64,000 nt of DNA from Clostridiales bacterium (GCA_017513085.1 JAFWDK010000029.1:1-64000); one strand, 5' to 3'; counted from the first letter of the stretch, positions 29,601-39,079 are shown. Notes: generated from the sequence alone by a model not told the origin. A program made the numbers and translations.

Positions 29601-30979
29601 AGGAACAGGAAGATAGAGAAGAAGATGACCGTTCTTCGGTATTCAGAAGACCCGGTTTGGCAGAAGAAAGACCTGCGTCACGTCCTTCTGCACAGAGACC
29701 GAGCGCTCGTTCCGCAGAACCGAAACCGGAAAAGCAGGTTCCTATCTGGGAACGTGTTCCGGATTCTGACCGTCCGATGCCGGCATGGGGTGCTTCTATG
29801 GCATATACCGATGAGAGACCGGCAGGTTCTTTGACTAAGCCGAAGGATCAGATCATCGATGTGGAAAAGCCGAGAACAAGTCAGGGTGTCGGAGGCCTGA
29901 GCAGAAATCTGGGTCAGGCAAAGGAGATCCTGCCGAATGGTGAAAGCAGAGAGTACTTTGCCGGTTCAAGAGGATCAGAGGTCAATAATGGTCTGGGTGG
30001 AAGTAGTTATCCGGAGCAGAGAAGCCTTTCTCCTCGCCGTGAAGAACTTCCACAGGTAGAAGTTGAAATGCCGCAGTCACGCCGGCCGTTGCGTCCGGGT
30101 GCTGCTACAGAGAGACCGCAGCCACGTCAGCCGGTACGCCCTCGTTCTGAAATTGAAAGACCTCAGCCGCGTCAACCGATGCGTCCTCGCATGGATGATA
30201 CAGAGAGACCGCAGCCGCGCCAGTCATTGCGTCCGGGTGCAGAGATCGAAAGACCTCAGCCGCGTCAACCGATGCGCCCTCGTATGGATGATACAGAGAG
30301 ACCGCAGCCGCGCCAGTCGTTGCGTCCGGGTGCAGAGATCGAAAGACCTCAGCCGCGTCAACCGATGCGTCCCCGTATGGATGATACAGAGAGACCGCAG
30401 CCGCGCCAGTCCCTGGGTTCTCGTTCTGAGGAAGATGTACCGCAGTACCGCCGCACATTGCAGCCTCGCGCTGAGCGGACAATGCCAGGTTTTTCCAGAA
30501 GAAATGACGAAGAATCCGGCGGCTTGTCAGAACGTCTGAACGATAATTCCGGCTCATCCGCTTCGTTCTCAAGTGAGCGTCCGCGCACATTCGCGCAGCA
30601 ACGCCAGATGGAGGAAGAAGAAGAGAGACTCAGAGAACTTCGCAGCGTCTTTAAACCTGTGGAAGAGAGCGTACAGGATTCTCCTTTCCGTCCGGGATCG
30701 TATCGTGAGGAACCTCAGGACGATCGTTCACGCGCACCATATGAATCGTCACAGTTTGAAGACAAGCCTTCGATGGTAGCGGCATTGGATATGCTTCCGG
30801 ATCCGGTCGACGATTACGAGGCTCGTGAGAGACAAAGACAGGATGAGATCCCGTCGTTGGCTAGAGGAAGAGATGTATTCCACCAGGATCTGGCTGCAGA
30901 ACAGGAGAATGCAATGAGAGCCATGCGTGGCCTTCCGGAATTTGATCCGGATGGACCGAGCCCGTTTAAGCGTAACTGA
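26648..30979 (+). CDS. YdjG-like four-CxxC zinc-ribbon protein with a ~1000-aa disordered, repeat-rich tail and no TM
   Basis: CPNC, CCFC, CEDC, CPLC; AIPF, YVPCWLF, IPFDA and FPIW...FAMNGQTG match the YdjG core. The tail is rich in P/R/E/S. Confidence 0.75.
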   Translation: MEIAFHCPNCLADLIFDESKKYTCCFCHTTLTGKDEVHELEGGYYVGDAWNESLYHRYKCEDCDGEFVIKTSAAKQGCPLCSSTSLKDQGPEIGAMPKRAIPFAHTKQQAEEIFLDYIRNNSAVGRTLATDENKALLHKAYVPCWLFTYEVIAYAKLTVTLRNKANDNKTIMGIKGSEQLMEMLSPIRSSISRFQANRKGGKDASNQPAEHVTGGVLSWQGIPFDATGILQDNLMNGIQPYDQSKLITINEKVLGDTPVLAILKDPITCMQEFMDRVKKWTRQMIMDAHSDSYEILHFSDKTDYPLGIGELVLFPIWYMKGDYSGREYFFAMNGQTGEIDANIPMSKVSRKNSTLPYQSFWDKSRCTALNDTHFEFNIHDPNIEILDYSFFEKPRDSKITAEGRKKQEKSVSAMDTEIPLSKDGEEVAKKPEASLDASKVKKPSVPLDVQVVTDLKSLPKKLSKEEEAKREKEKAARLRAAARDGAKKPMEAAAEAPSWAKATTPPPSASNAGARPVRKKKAMDRPSMASSGNKPIWERPDDNSSDLRKTVKKPSSLAEQVARAQMGDVEPEQPSNLGGYDETPARGGAMSGQKPIWSREPEDELDDLRAPLPGPELMSLSSFLDKRAKEDKERGVDSQRGEPAREVQVRSFEERRSEGSLVESDDEVLAQARREAEEYEAAIRAAQERAAEAVEEEQDMFPEIEEYPKPSEEVFKSASPFAREPEIPEEIQSPFAVRAPEPESDLPELQEYTEGSEDMVANITFSFNKKNAAAEREHNRMSGSSIPRKPESKPDQAQGMSIMNSEYDSGVLPGGKRESDVVEYAPIAREERIPEVSENYFGSDENDRPLAYRPASPLAQARDVQYVEEVEPHPELDVTNRPLASRPAAPLAKVTDVTPSLDYINEHGVVEGLDNDVHQIPSLVSGSGRWGEMPEATETPSWAKPQGGFQETRESRFGAPRERTRRPSRDEMMRPRNENMRSSREEQEDREEDDRSSVFRRPGLAEERPASRPSAQRPSARSAEPKPEKQVPIWERVPDSDRPMPAWGASMAYTDERPAGSLTKPKDQIIDVEKPRTSQGVGGLSRNLGQAKEILPNGESREYFAGSRGSEVNNGLGGSSYPEQRSLSPRREELPQVEVEMPQSRRPLRPGAATERPQPRQPVRPRSEIERPQPRQPMRPRMDDTERPQPRQSLRPGAEIERPQPRQPMRPRMDDTERPQPRQSLRPGAEIERPQPRQPMRPRMDDTERPQPRQSLGSRSEEDVPQYRRTLQPRAERTMPGFSRRNDEESGGLSERLNDNSGSSASFSSERPRTFAQQRQMEEEEERLRELRSVFKPVEESVQDSPFRPGSYREEPQDDRSRAPYESSQFEDKPSMVAALDMLPDPVDDYEARERQRQDEIPSLARGRDVFHQDLAAEQENAMRAMRGLPEFDPDGPSPFKRN
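30107..30415 (+). repeat. 93-bp (31-aa) coding tandem repeat built of ERPQPRQ half-units
   Basis: gaaagacctcagccgcgtcaaccgatgcg starts at 30155, 30248 and 30341 (period 93). Confidence 0.95.
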
Positions 30980-31008
30980 TCAGAAGAATAGGCAGGACAG
31001 ATCTACGA

Positions 31009-32562
31009 ATGGATAAAGCTTTTCTATGTCCTCAATGTGGAGCACAGATACTTTTATCAGAGGCAGCAGACAATGTCTGTTGCTTCTGTTCGTCTATGCT
31101 TACTCCCAAAGACGAGGTCCAATCCGTGGATTGGGGATTTCATACGCCGGCTTTTGCCGGAAAAGAGAGAATTAAAGCATTTGTCTGCGAAGATTGTCAC
31201 AAGACTGTCTTTGCTTCCAAAGAGAACCAGCTGCCGTTGAATAACTGTGTGCATTGCGGAAGCCGTTCCATCAAGGAAGATGCCGACGCTAAAAAAATGA
31301 TGCCGATGGGTATCAAAACACTGCGCTTTATCTATAACAGAGAAGACGCGATCGAGAGATATCTTCAGGATGCCAAGAAAGAAGGCTTGAAACTTCGTTT
31401 TACAAAGAAAGAAGCTTACCAGAAGTGCATAACGCCTCTTTATATACCATGTTTCCTTTTCGATTACACGATTAATACGGAAGCTGTGCTGAGTGTACTT
31501 CCGATCGTGAGAAACCGGAGTAAGGGAGAAGGTTTTCTGAATCTTCTGACGGGCGATGATCTGACTTTGGAGAGAACTTCGGCCGCTGAACCCTATCCGA
31601 AGAAATTTGTAGCAGAGATGGTCTGGATGAATGTTCCGATTCCGATGACGTCTTGCATAGACTCTCAGAGCTTTGAGACGATCTCGCCGTTTACCGTGCG
31701 TGGTGCAATGGAGGAAGATGATGAGATCGCGGCGAATGCTTTTTTCCCGGAAGTCGATGAGAAATGGGAGAATGCACATACCCTTCTCAAGAGCCAGGTG
31801 CAAAACTGGGTAAGGGAATATGTTCTTTCGGAGAGCATGGATCATTATGAGATCAGTTCTTATGTGGATAATACCAAGTATGAAAAAGCACTGGGCCAGT
31901 TAGCCTATATTCCTGTTTGGCAGATGCGCTGCCGGCATAAGACAGGGGATTATTCCTGGTACATGAATGGCCTTACCGGCGTGACGTCCGGTTTTGTGGA
32001 AACCGAGACTGAAGAAGTTGAGAAGGAACAGGAAAGCGTTGCTCTCAAAGATCTGAATAAGAAGAAGATCCGGAATTTCAAGAGTGGAGAAATCGTCAAG
32101 AATGCATCTTCCGTAAATTGCCGGACATATATGGTAGATACGGTTTCTTCGTCGATCATGCTGGAGACTTCACTCAATGAATCAGCTTCGGACAAGTCAT
32201 TGTTCCACTTGGAGCGTAGCATGAAGACGTCTTCCGTAGATCTTTCGGTTCCGATATCTGAAGCTTTTGAAAAAGAAGTGGATGAAGAAACGAAAAAGAT
32301 GCGTGAGGCGCCGATCCCGAGTGCTCCGGTACCTCTTCCGACCGAGCATTCGAAGCTTTATATGATGAAGCAGGAGATCCAAAACCGCAGGCTGGGAAGA
32401 GGAGAAAGACTTCCTGAAAAGAAGGTGGATCGTGATATCGGTGGCGATGTTGCCTTCGGATATGATGACATTACGCGCGAAGCCCGTGCGGTGGAGGTCG
32501 GACTGAGCGATATGCCGGAGTTTGATCCGTCCGGACCGAATCCTTTTAAGAAACAAGAATGA
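31009..32562 (+). CDS. Second YdjG-like zinc-ribbon protein (paralog), shorter tail, no TM
   Basis: CPQC, CCFC, CEDC, CVHC; YIPCFLF and YIPVW...YMNGLTG; ends MPEFDPSGPNPFKKQE. Confidence 0.75.
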   Translation: MDKAFLCPQCGAQILLSEAADNVCCFCSSMLTPKDEVQSVDWGFHTPAFAGKERIKAFVCEDCHKTVFASKENQLPLNNCVHCGSRSIKEDADAKKMMPMGIKTLRFIYNREDAIERYLQDAKKEGLKLRFTKKEAYQKCITPLYIPCFLFDYTINTEAVLSVLPIVRNRSKGEGFLNLLTGDDLTLERTSAAEPYPKKFVAEMVWMNVPIPMTSCIDSQSFETISPFTVRGAMEEDDEIAANAFFPEVDEKWENAHTLLKSQVQNWVREYVLSESMDHYEISSYVDNTKYEKALGQLAYIPVWQMRCRHKTGDYSWYMNGLTGVTSGFVETETEEVEKEQESVALKDLNKKKIRNFKSGEIVKNASSVNCRTYMVDTVSSSIMLETSLNESASDKSLFHLERSMKTSSVDLSVPISEAFEKEVDEETKKMREAPIPSAPVPLPTEHSKLYMMKQEIQNRRLGRGERLPEKKVDRDIGGDVAFGYDDITREARAVEVGLSDMPEFDPSGPNPFKKQE

Positions 32563-32590
32563 GCTGCCTCGAGAGGCAGCTCTTTTTCTT
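32561..32590 (+). terminator. Intrinsic terminator
   Basis: GAGCTGCCT-CGAG-AGGCAGCTC followed by TTTTTCTT. Confidence 0.88.
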
Positions 32591-32618
32591 GTCGGATCGA
32601 ATAAATCAGGTGATCGGA

Positions 32619-33974
32619 TCAGTCGTTAATGATCGCTCCGTTGGAAGCAATCACATCCCGGTACCAGTAGGCGGATTCCTTCAGAGTACGTTCTTGTGTC
32701 TGGTAATCGACGTAAATAAGACCGAAACGCAGATCGTAACCCTGAGACCACTCAAAGTTGTCCATAAAAGACCAGTGAATATATCCAACGAGCGGAATCC
32801 CTTCGTTGGCCGCGCGCTCGTAAGAACGCAAATAACGCTTGGTATAATCGATGCGCTGCGGGTCGTTGACTTTGCCGTCAAGATGCACGGAGTCACAGTT
32901 GGCACATCCGTTCTCAGTGATCAGGATCGGTAATCCGTAACGTTCATAAAGAAACTTCGGCGACCAGTAGAGTGCATCCGGTGTCACCGGCCAGCGGGCG
33001 GTCGTGATAGCTTTACCACGATTATTCTCGTTGGCGTTATCCGGGATGAGCTTCGGATCTACTGAATTGTAGATGTTGCATCCGTAAAAGTCCAATGGTG
33101 TCCGGATAATGTCCCACTCTTCCGCTGAAATCTCAGGAAGGATCGAGGCAAAACGCGTGTATGCCTCATCCGGGAACTTTCCGAAAAAGATCGGATCCGC
33201 CCACCAGGAATTGGAAAGGATAAAGGATGGTCCCTCTATGGAGAAACTTTCTTTCCTTGCAGCTTCGACCGCTTCCGGAGAATCGTTGAGCGGTTCCACA
33301 CACGGACCGGTAACAGCAAAAGAAACCTTAGGGGTCTGCCGGGCATTTTCACGGATCGTCCGTACCGCCGTGCCATGAGCGAGAAGGACATGTTTCGTCA
33401 TCAGAAGAATATCGCGATCTGAATATTTCAGGAAAGGTGCATGAATACCCAGCTGACATCCGAGACCGATGAAGATCTGCGGTTCGTTGATCGTAAACCA
33501 ATACTTTACACGATCAGACAGAGCATCCACGACGATCTTCGTATAATCGTTAAACCAGGTTACGATGTCAGGATTGAGCCAGCCTCCACGATCGAAAAGC
33601 GCTTGCGGAAGATCCCAGTGATAAAGTGTGATCATTGGTTCAATACCGTTTTTGATCAGTTCGTCGACCAGGTCAGAGTAGAACGCCAGCCCTTTCTCGT
33701 TCACGAGTCCTTGGCCTTGAGGCAGCACACGTGGCCAGCTGATGGAGAAACGATATGCCTTGACTCCCATTTTAACAAGGAGAGCAACGTCTTCTTTCAT
33801 TCTGTGATAATGATCACAGGCAATATCTGCAGTTTCGCCGTGGCAGATAGGAGAAGGAATGTTATGTGTATAGGTGTCCCAAATGGACGGGCCTTTGCCA
33901 TCTTCATTCCAGGCTCCTTCGACCTGATACGCGGCGGCCGCGACACCCCAGATAAAATCTTTTGAAAAAGGCAT
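32619..33974 (-). CDS. Beta-glucosidase, glycoside hydrolase family 1
   Basis: FIWGVAAAAYQVEG, YRFSISWPR, TINEP (acid/base), ITENG (nucleophile) and DNFEW. Confidence 0.93.
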   Translation of the reverse strand: MPFSKDFIWGVAAAAYQVEGAWNEDGKGPSIWDTYTHNIPSPICHGETADIACDHYHRMKEDVALLVKMGVKAYRFSISWPRVLPQGQGLVNEKGLAFYSDLVDELIKNGIEPMITLYHWDLPQALFDRGGWLNPDIVTWFNDYTKIVVDALSDRVKYWFTINEPQIFIGLGCQLGIHAPFLKYSDRDILLMTKHVLLAHGTAVRTIRENARQTPKVSFAVTGPCVEPLNDSPEAVEAARKESFSIEGPSFILSNSWWADPIFFGKFPDEAYTRFASILPEISAEEWDIIRTPLDFYGCNIYNSVDPKLIPDNANENNRGKAITTARWPVTPDALYWSPKFLYERYGLPILITENGCANCDSVHLDGKVNDPQRIDYTKRYLRSYERAANEGIPLVGYIHWSFMDNFEWSQGYDLRFGLIYVDYQTQERTLKESAYWYRDVIASNGAIIND

Positions 33975-34177
33975 ATTTCATGTCCTCCTTGAATGTCAAA
34001 AAAAATGTGGCGTGTATAGTATAGCAAAATCAATCATCCGTTTGTAAGAAAAATCCGTTGTATTTAGCAGAAATCCGACCTTTCTTTTTGCTTTTTTCAT
34101 TTCGGCAATCTAAGAGAATTGTCATTGATGAAAGAGAGAATGTGCTATAATTTTAGAAGGGATTTGGAGGAGAAGAA

Positions 34178-35545
34178 ATGAACATAGCGATTATTACGGA
34201 TACATACTTCCCGGATATCAATGGAGTAACATCTTCTATATATACACTTGCGTTGGCACTTCGCAAGAAGGGGCATCGAGTGTATATTTTTGCGACTTCG
34301 GACAATAATTCACCGATCGTCCGCCGCGTGCATAGAAATCCCCCGGTATTCCGTATTCCGAGTATCCCGATGCTTCTGGTACGCCCGTATCGCACGACCA
34401 TGCCTTATTCTTTACGGCTGGTTCAGATCCTGAGAAGACTGAAGATCGATGTCATTCACACACAGACCGAGTTTTCGATGGGCCTTGTAGGACTATCTTC
34501 GTCTATGACACTTCATCTTCCGATCGTACATACTTACCACACGATGCTGGAAGATTATACACACTACATCCTTAACGGAAAAATGACTAAAGTAATCACG
34601 CCAAAAATGGCACAGAAATACAGCAAGGTTTTTTGTAACGTGCCGACAGGTTTGATCGTTCCTACAGAGAAAGTGAAGAACAGTCTGCGTTCCTATGGAG
34701 TTAAAAAGCCGATCTACGTGATCCCGACAGGAATCGATATTTCACCTTTTAAGAAGTCGAATTTTACGGAAAGTGAACTTCAGGAACTCCGTCACTCGCT
34801 TGGTATTGCCGATAGTGATAAGGTGCTTCTTTCTCTGGGACGTGTCGCCAAAGAGAAGAGCATAGATAAGATCATATCGGAAATGCCCGCGATAGTTAAG
34901 AAGCAGCCTTGCGTGAAACTTCTGATCGTAGGAGACGGCCCGGCATTGGAAGACTTGAAGAAACAGGCGTCTGAACTTGGTGTTTCCTCTCATGTGATTT
35001 TTGCAGGTTCAGTACCATATAAAGAGATCGGACGATACTATCAGATGGGAGATGTGTTTATCTCTTGTTCCACATCTGAAACACAAGGCCTGACATACTA
35101 TGAAGCTATGGCAGCCGGACTTCCGGTAATGGCGCAGAAAGATGACGCAGTCAATGAGCTTTTCATAGATGGAAGAAATGCATGTCTGTTTGAAAAAGAA
35201 CAGGACATTCCGGACATCCTTTGCTCACTGTTTACAGATGAAGCGAAGATGAAGATGCTTTCTTCAAATGCGCAGACGACTGTTGAGACATATTCTGCGG
35301 AGACATTTGCGAACCGTGTGGAAGATGCATATAAGAATGCGATTGCCCGTCATGTCCGTTCCAAAGCGATCCGCCGTGCCAATGTCGGAAAGATCCATTC
35401 TTCACGGAAACTGAAAAAAGCGAAAATGGTTCCGATCAGATCTGAAGACGTTCAGGATGAGCAGAACGGGATTAAAGCCAACGCTAAAAAAGCGTACCGT
35501 GCTGCTGCAAGATACGCTCATTTGTTACGTCTTCGTAAGAGATAA
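34178..35545 (+). CDS. GT4 glycosyltransferase (diacylglycerol glucosyltransferase-like)
   Basis: TDTYFPDINGV, IHTQTEFS, HTYHT, IPTGID, GRVAKEK and SETQGLTYYEAMAAG. Confidence 0.85.
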   Translation: MNIAIITDTYFPDINGVTSSIYTLALALRKKGHRVYIFATSDNNSPIVRRVHRNPPVFRIPSIPMLLVRPYRTTMPYSLRLVQILRRLKIDVIHTQTEFSMGLVGLSSSMTLHLPIVHTYHTMLEDYTHYILNGKMTKVITPKMAQKYSKVFCNVPTGLIVPTEKVKNSLRSYGVKKPIYVIPTGIDISPFKKSNFTESELQELRHSLGIADSDKVLLSLGRVAKEKSIDKIISEMPAIVKKQPCVKLLIVGDGPALEDLKKQASELGVSSHVIFAGSVPYKEIGRYYQMGDVFISCSTSETQGLTYYEAMAAGLPVMAQKDDAVNELFIDGRNACLFEKEQDIPDILCSLFTDEAKMKMLSSNAQTTVETYSAETFANRVEDAYKNAIARHVRSKAIRRANVGKIHSSRKLKKAKMVPIRSEDVQDEQNGIKANAKKAYRAAARYAHLLRLRKR

Positions 35546-35562
35546 CGATTATTTCAGAAGGA

Positions 35563-37299
35563 TCACTCCTGTTTCGGATCTTCTTTCGCTTCGTCATCCG
35601 CGTTCACATCCTTGGGCATTTTATTCACCACGGAAATATTCGGTAGTGCTTTTTCATCCGAGGAAAGGTTCTGCCGGTCAGCGGAGGCTTGCGCTTTTGC
35701 CTGGAAAACCGCCATCTCGTCGACATCACTCAGAAGTCTTGGCACGCTGAAGTAATATCCTTGCAAATAATCGATGCCGGCCTGTTCACAGAGGGTGGCC
35801 TGTTTTTCATTTTCCACGCCTTCAGCAACTGTGAGGATCTTCATTTCTTTGCAAAAAGCAACGATGCTCTTGATCAAAGCATATCCGCGTTCGTTATCGA
35901 TATGTGAGGTAATGGAACGGCTGAGCTTGATCTCATCGATCGGAACATCGGCCAGCATCACGTAAGAGGAGAAACCGGAATTGAAATAATCAATGGCGAT
36001 CCGGATGTTGTGCTTGTGCAGGAACAGAAGGTTTTCACGGATCAGATACGGATCTTCCGGAAGCCGTCCCGCGATTTCAACCATCACGTTCTCTGCTCCG
36101 ATTCCGGAATCTTCCACAGCCCGGACAAACTCCTGGACACTTTTTTCATTTAACTCTGAAGCAGCAAAATTGATATGGAAAAGACGATTCTGATTGATCG
36201 GAAGCCGGGCATAGCGAAGCGCTTCCTTCGTGATGAACAAGGTCAATTCGTGAAGACAGGTCGTCTTCTCCAGGATCGGAACGAATTCTTCGGCAGTCAT
36301 TTTCGAACCGTCTTCGCGGATCCACTTGGCAAAGATCTCGACACTTCGGGCCTCTTTGGTCTTGGCATCATGAATGGTCTGATAGGAGGCCTGGACAAGA
36401 CCTTTGGATATAGCGGTGGAGAACTCACTGGCAATGCTGACGGTTCCCTTATAATAGTCGCGCATCGCATCTGTATATCTGCTGATCTGCTGATCTTTCA
36501 AGAAGGAATAACGAAGAGCAATGTTGGCATTTCGGATGCCGTCGGAAAGGCTCTCATTTTCCTGAATGATCGTAAAACCAATACGGTAACGGACATAAAC
36601 GGGAACCTGATTAACAGAGATCGTCACATCGTTGAGGTTGCTAAGAGAAGCCAGAAGGCTTTCCAGACTTCCTTCTTCCGACCGATGAGTGACCGTTATC
36701 GCATAGTTCAGGTCATGTTCCTTGTAGAGACGTGCATTGGGATAAGAAGAGAGAATATCCTGAAGTTCCGAAGAAATCTTCAAGACGATCGACTGATAAA
36801 ATTCATTCCCGAATAGACCGCGCATGTCGCTGGAATCTATGAAAGACATCATCAGTATCGTCATAGCATGGCCGGTAGTGCGACCGGATCGTTCCAGACT
36901 TGCCATGTTGCTCAGGCCGGTCAATGCGTCCCGGGTAGCCATGTTCTCATAGAACTGCTCGCGCTGTTTCATGATTCCGGAAATCCAGGATATAACGATA
37001 GCCAGGACGAGGTACACAGCCAGACGGATCAGCCACATGAGATCACCCATGTTTCCACCGGTTATGGCAGTGGTCAAAGGTCCCATAGCAAGACCGCACA
37101 ATGTAGCAAAGAAAACACTGTGCCAGATCGGTGTGAAAAGCGCAGTTACCACAATAGGGATCACGATCAGGTTGGCTAAGATATTCGGCGTGCCTCCAGT
37201 CGCACAAACAATATACGTGATCACACCGCTAAAGATATAGTCTGCGATAATAAAAACGGGGAGAAGAGAATCCGCTTTTTTGCCATTTTTTTTGTTCAT
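35563..37299 (-). CDS. Membrane-bound degenerate GGDEF-EAL protein
   Basis: N-terminal TMs; DALTGL start without a GGDEF motif; EAL region EIFAKW, IAIDYFNSGFSS, AEGVE, LQGYY. Confidence 0.8.
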   Translation of the reverse strand: MNKKNGKKADSLLPVFIIADYIFSGVITYIVCATGGTPNILANLIVIPIVVTALFTPIWHSVFFATLCGLAMGPLTTAITGGNMGDLMWLIRLAVYLVLAIVISWISGIMKQREQFYENMATRDALTGLSNMASLERSGRTTGHAMTILMMSFIDSSDMRGLFGNEFYQSIVLKISSELQDILSSYPNARLYKEHDLNYAITVTHRSEEGSLESLLASLSNLNDVTISVNQVPVYVRYRIGFTIIQENESLSDGIRNANIALRYSFLKDQQISRYTDAMRDYYKGTVSIASEFSTAISKGLVQASYQTIHDAKTKEARSVEIFAKWIREDGSKMTAEEFVPILEKTTCLHELTLFITKEALRYARLPINQNRLFHINFAASELNEKSVQEFVRAVEDSGIGAENVMVEIAGRLPEDPYLIRENLLFLHKHNIRIAIDYFNSGFSSYVMLADVPIDEIKLSRSITSHIDNERGYALIKSIVAFCKEMKILTVAEGVENEKQATLCEQAGIDYLQGYYFSVPRLLSDVDEMAVFQAKAQASADRQNLSSDEKALPNISVVNKMPKDVNADDEAKEDPKQE

Positions 37300-37426
37300 A
37301 AGAAACCCCTCATATGCCTCATAAACCTATTACCATTTTACAGCGACAGTATAAAAAAGCATATACTGATTTGACTAAATTTCCAGAATGTTGATAATTA
37401 GTAAAGGGAGTATACGGAGGAAAAGC

Positions 37427-38962
37427 ATGCGCAAACAATGGTTCCAATCTTTGCTTATGAGACGAGCGATCATTATTCTGATCCTGCTCGTGGAAATTGC
37501 GTCTTTCTTTTTCCTTATTGCAGCCGGAACACTATATTCGGACATCGCTTCAGTTCTTTTTCGTGTGATCAGTGTTATTGTGGCACTGTATGTGATCAGC
37601 AAAAACGATAAAGGCGGTTACCGTCTGATATGGGTATTTCTTATCCTGTTCCTTCCGGTTTTCGGAGGCGTGTTGTATGTGTTCCTTAACTCGCAGATGG
37701 TTACCGATTATTACGCAAAAAATCTGGGAGAAGTTATCGAAAAAACAAAGGATGAGCTGGTGCTTTCCAACGAGGTGAGAGAACGTCTCGGACAAGATCA
37801 TCCGGAGTATTTGAAGAATGTGGACTATCTTCAGAATACCATGCATTTTCCGATCTTCAGCCACACGAGAAGCAAGTATCTTTCTCCGGGCGAAGAATTC
37901 TGGCCGGTGTTTCTGAAAAGTCTTCGCAAGGCGGAAAAATATATTTTCCTGGAATACTTTACGATCGGTGAAGGAAAGTTTTGGGATTCTATTCTTGAGA
38001 TCCTGAAGGAAAAAGCGGCTTCCGGTGTGGATGTGCGGATCATGTATGACGATATGGGCTGCTTCCTCAGTCTTCCGTCGGATTTCCCGGAACAGATGCA
38101 AAAACTCGGAATCAAGTGTACGAAGTTTAATCCTTTCCGTCCGTTCTTTACGACTATCCAGAATAACCGTAATCACAGAAAGATCACTTCAGTGGACGGA
38201 AAGATCGCTTTCTGCGGAGGCTTGAATCTGGCGGACGAATACGTTAATGAAAAAGAACGCTTCGGTTACTGGAAGGATGCTGCCGTTATGCTGGAGGGTG
38301 AAGGCGCGTGGAGCCTTACCGTATTTTTCCTGCAGATGTGGATCGCGGTGCATCGTTCCGACGATGTCATCGCGGATTACTATCCTTGGAAAAACAGCAA
38401 ATGTCCGATTGAGGAAGAAGGATATTACCAGCCGTATTGTGACTCGCCGATCGATAGTGAATATGTCGGAGAAAATGTGTATATGAACATGATTACTTCG
38501 GCCACAAAATCGATCTATATCAGTACACCATATCTGATATTGGATGAAAACATGATCACGGCTTTAGGCCTTGCTGCCAAAAGCGGCATCGATGTGCGTA
38601 TCGTGACGCCGAGCAAATACGATAAATGGATGATCCATCAGGCAACGAGATCTTTCTACAGGGATCTGGTCCGCTCCGGAGTACACGTCTATGAATACAC
38701 CCCTGGATTTATGCATGCCAAGACCGTTGTTGTCGATGACCGCGCGGCTGTCGTCGGCTCGGTCAACTGGGATTATCGTAGTTTGTATCTCCATTTTGAA
38801 AGTGCGGTCTGGATGTGCAATACTGACACCGTTCACGATGTATATAACGATCTTTTAAAGTCATTCTCACTTTCTGACGAAGTTTTACCGCAGGAATTGA
38901 ATTACCATAGAGGCTGGAGTTTATTCCGCCTTGTCCTTCGTCTCATTGCGCCGATCTTCTGA
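37427..38962 (+). CDS. cls: Cardiolipin synthase
   Basis: Two HKD motifs (NHRKITSVDG; MHAKTVVVDD), GSVNWDYRS and N-terminal TMs. ATG follows GGAGG. Confidence 0.92.
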   Translation: MRKQWFQSLLMRRAIIILILLVEIASFFFLIAAGTLYSDIASVLFRVISVIVALYVISKNDKGGYRLIWVFLILFLPVFGGVLYVFLNSQMVTDYYAKNLGEVIEKTKDELVLSNEVRERLGQDHPEYLKNVDYLQNTMHFPIFSHTRSKYLSPGEEFWPVFLKSLRKAEKYIFLEYFTIGEGKFWDSILEILKEKAASGVDVRIMYDDMGCFLSLPSDFPEQMQKLGIKCTKFNPFRPFFTTIQNNRNHRKITSVDGKIAFCGGLNLADEYVNEKERFGYWKDAAVMLEGEGAWSLTVFFLQMWIAVHRSDDVIADYYPWKNSKCPIEEEGYYQPYCDSPIDSEYVGENVYMNMITSATKSIYISTPYLILDENMITALGLAAKSGIDVRIVTPSKYDKWMIHQATRSFYRDLVRSGVHVYEYTPGFMHAKTVVVDDRAAVVGSVNWDYRSLYLHFESAVWMCNTDTVHDVYNDLLKSFSLSDEVLPQELNYHRGWSLFRLVLRLIAPIF

Positions 38963-39079
38963 TTCCGTTATTTCATAAGACTTCACTGCCAAATGCGGGA
39001 AAAGAAGAGTCACGGCATCTCCCAAACGTGATAAAATAAGGCTACAGACAGTCTTGGTTTGGAAGGGGGCAGTGGCTCT

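Noticed and set aside
30107-30415. Possible CRISPR-like array
   Set aside because: The units are in-frame coding repeats with no unique spacers, and there are no cas genes.
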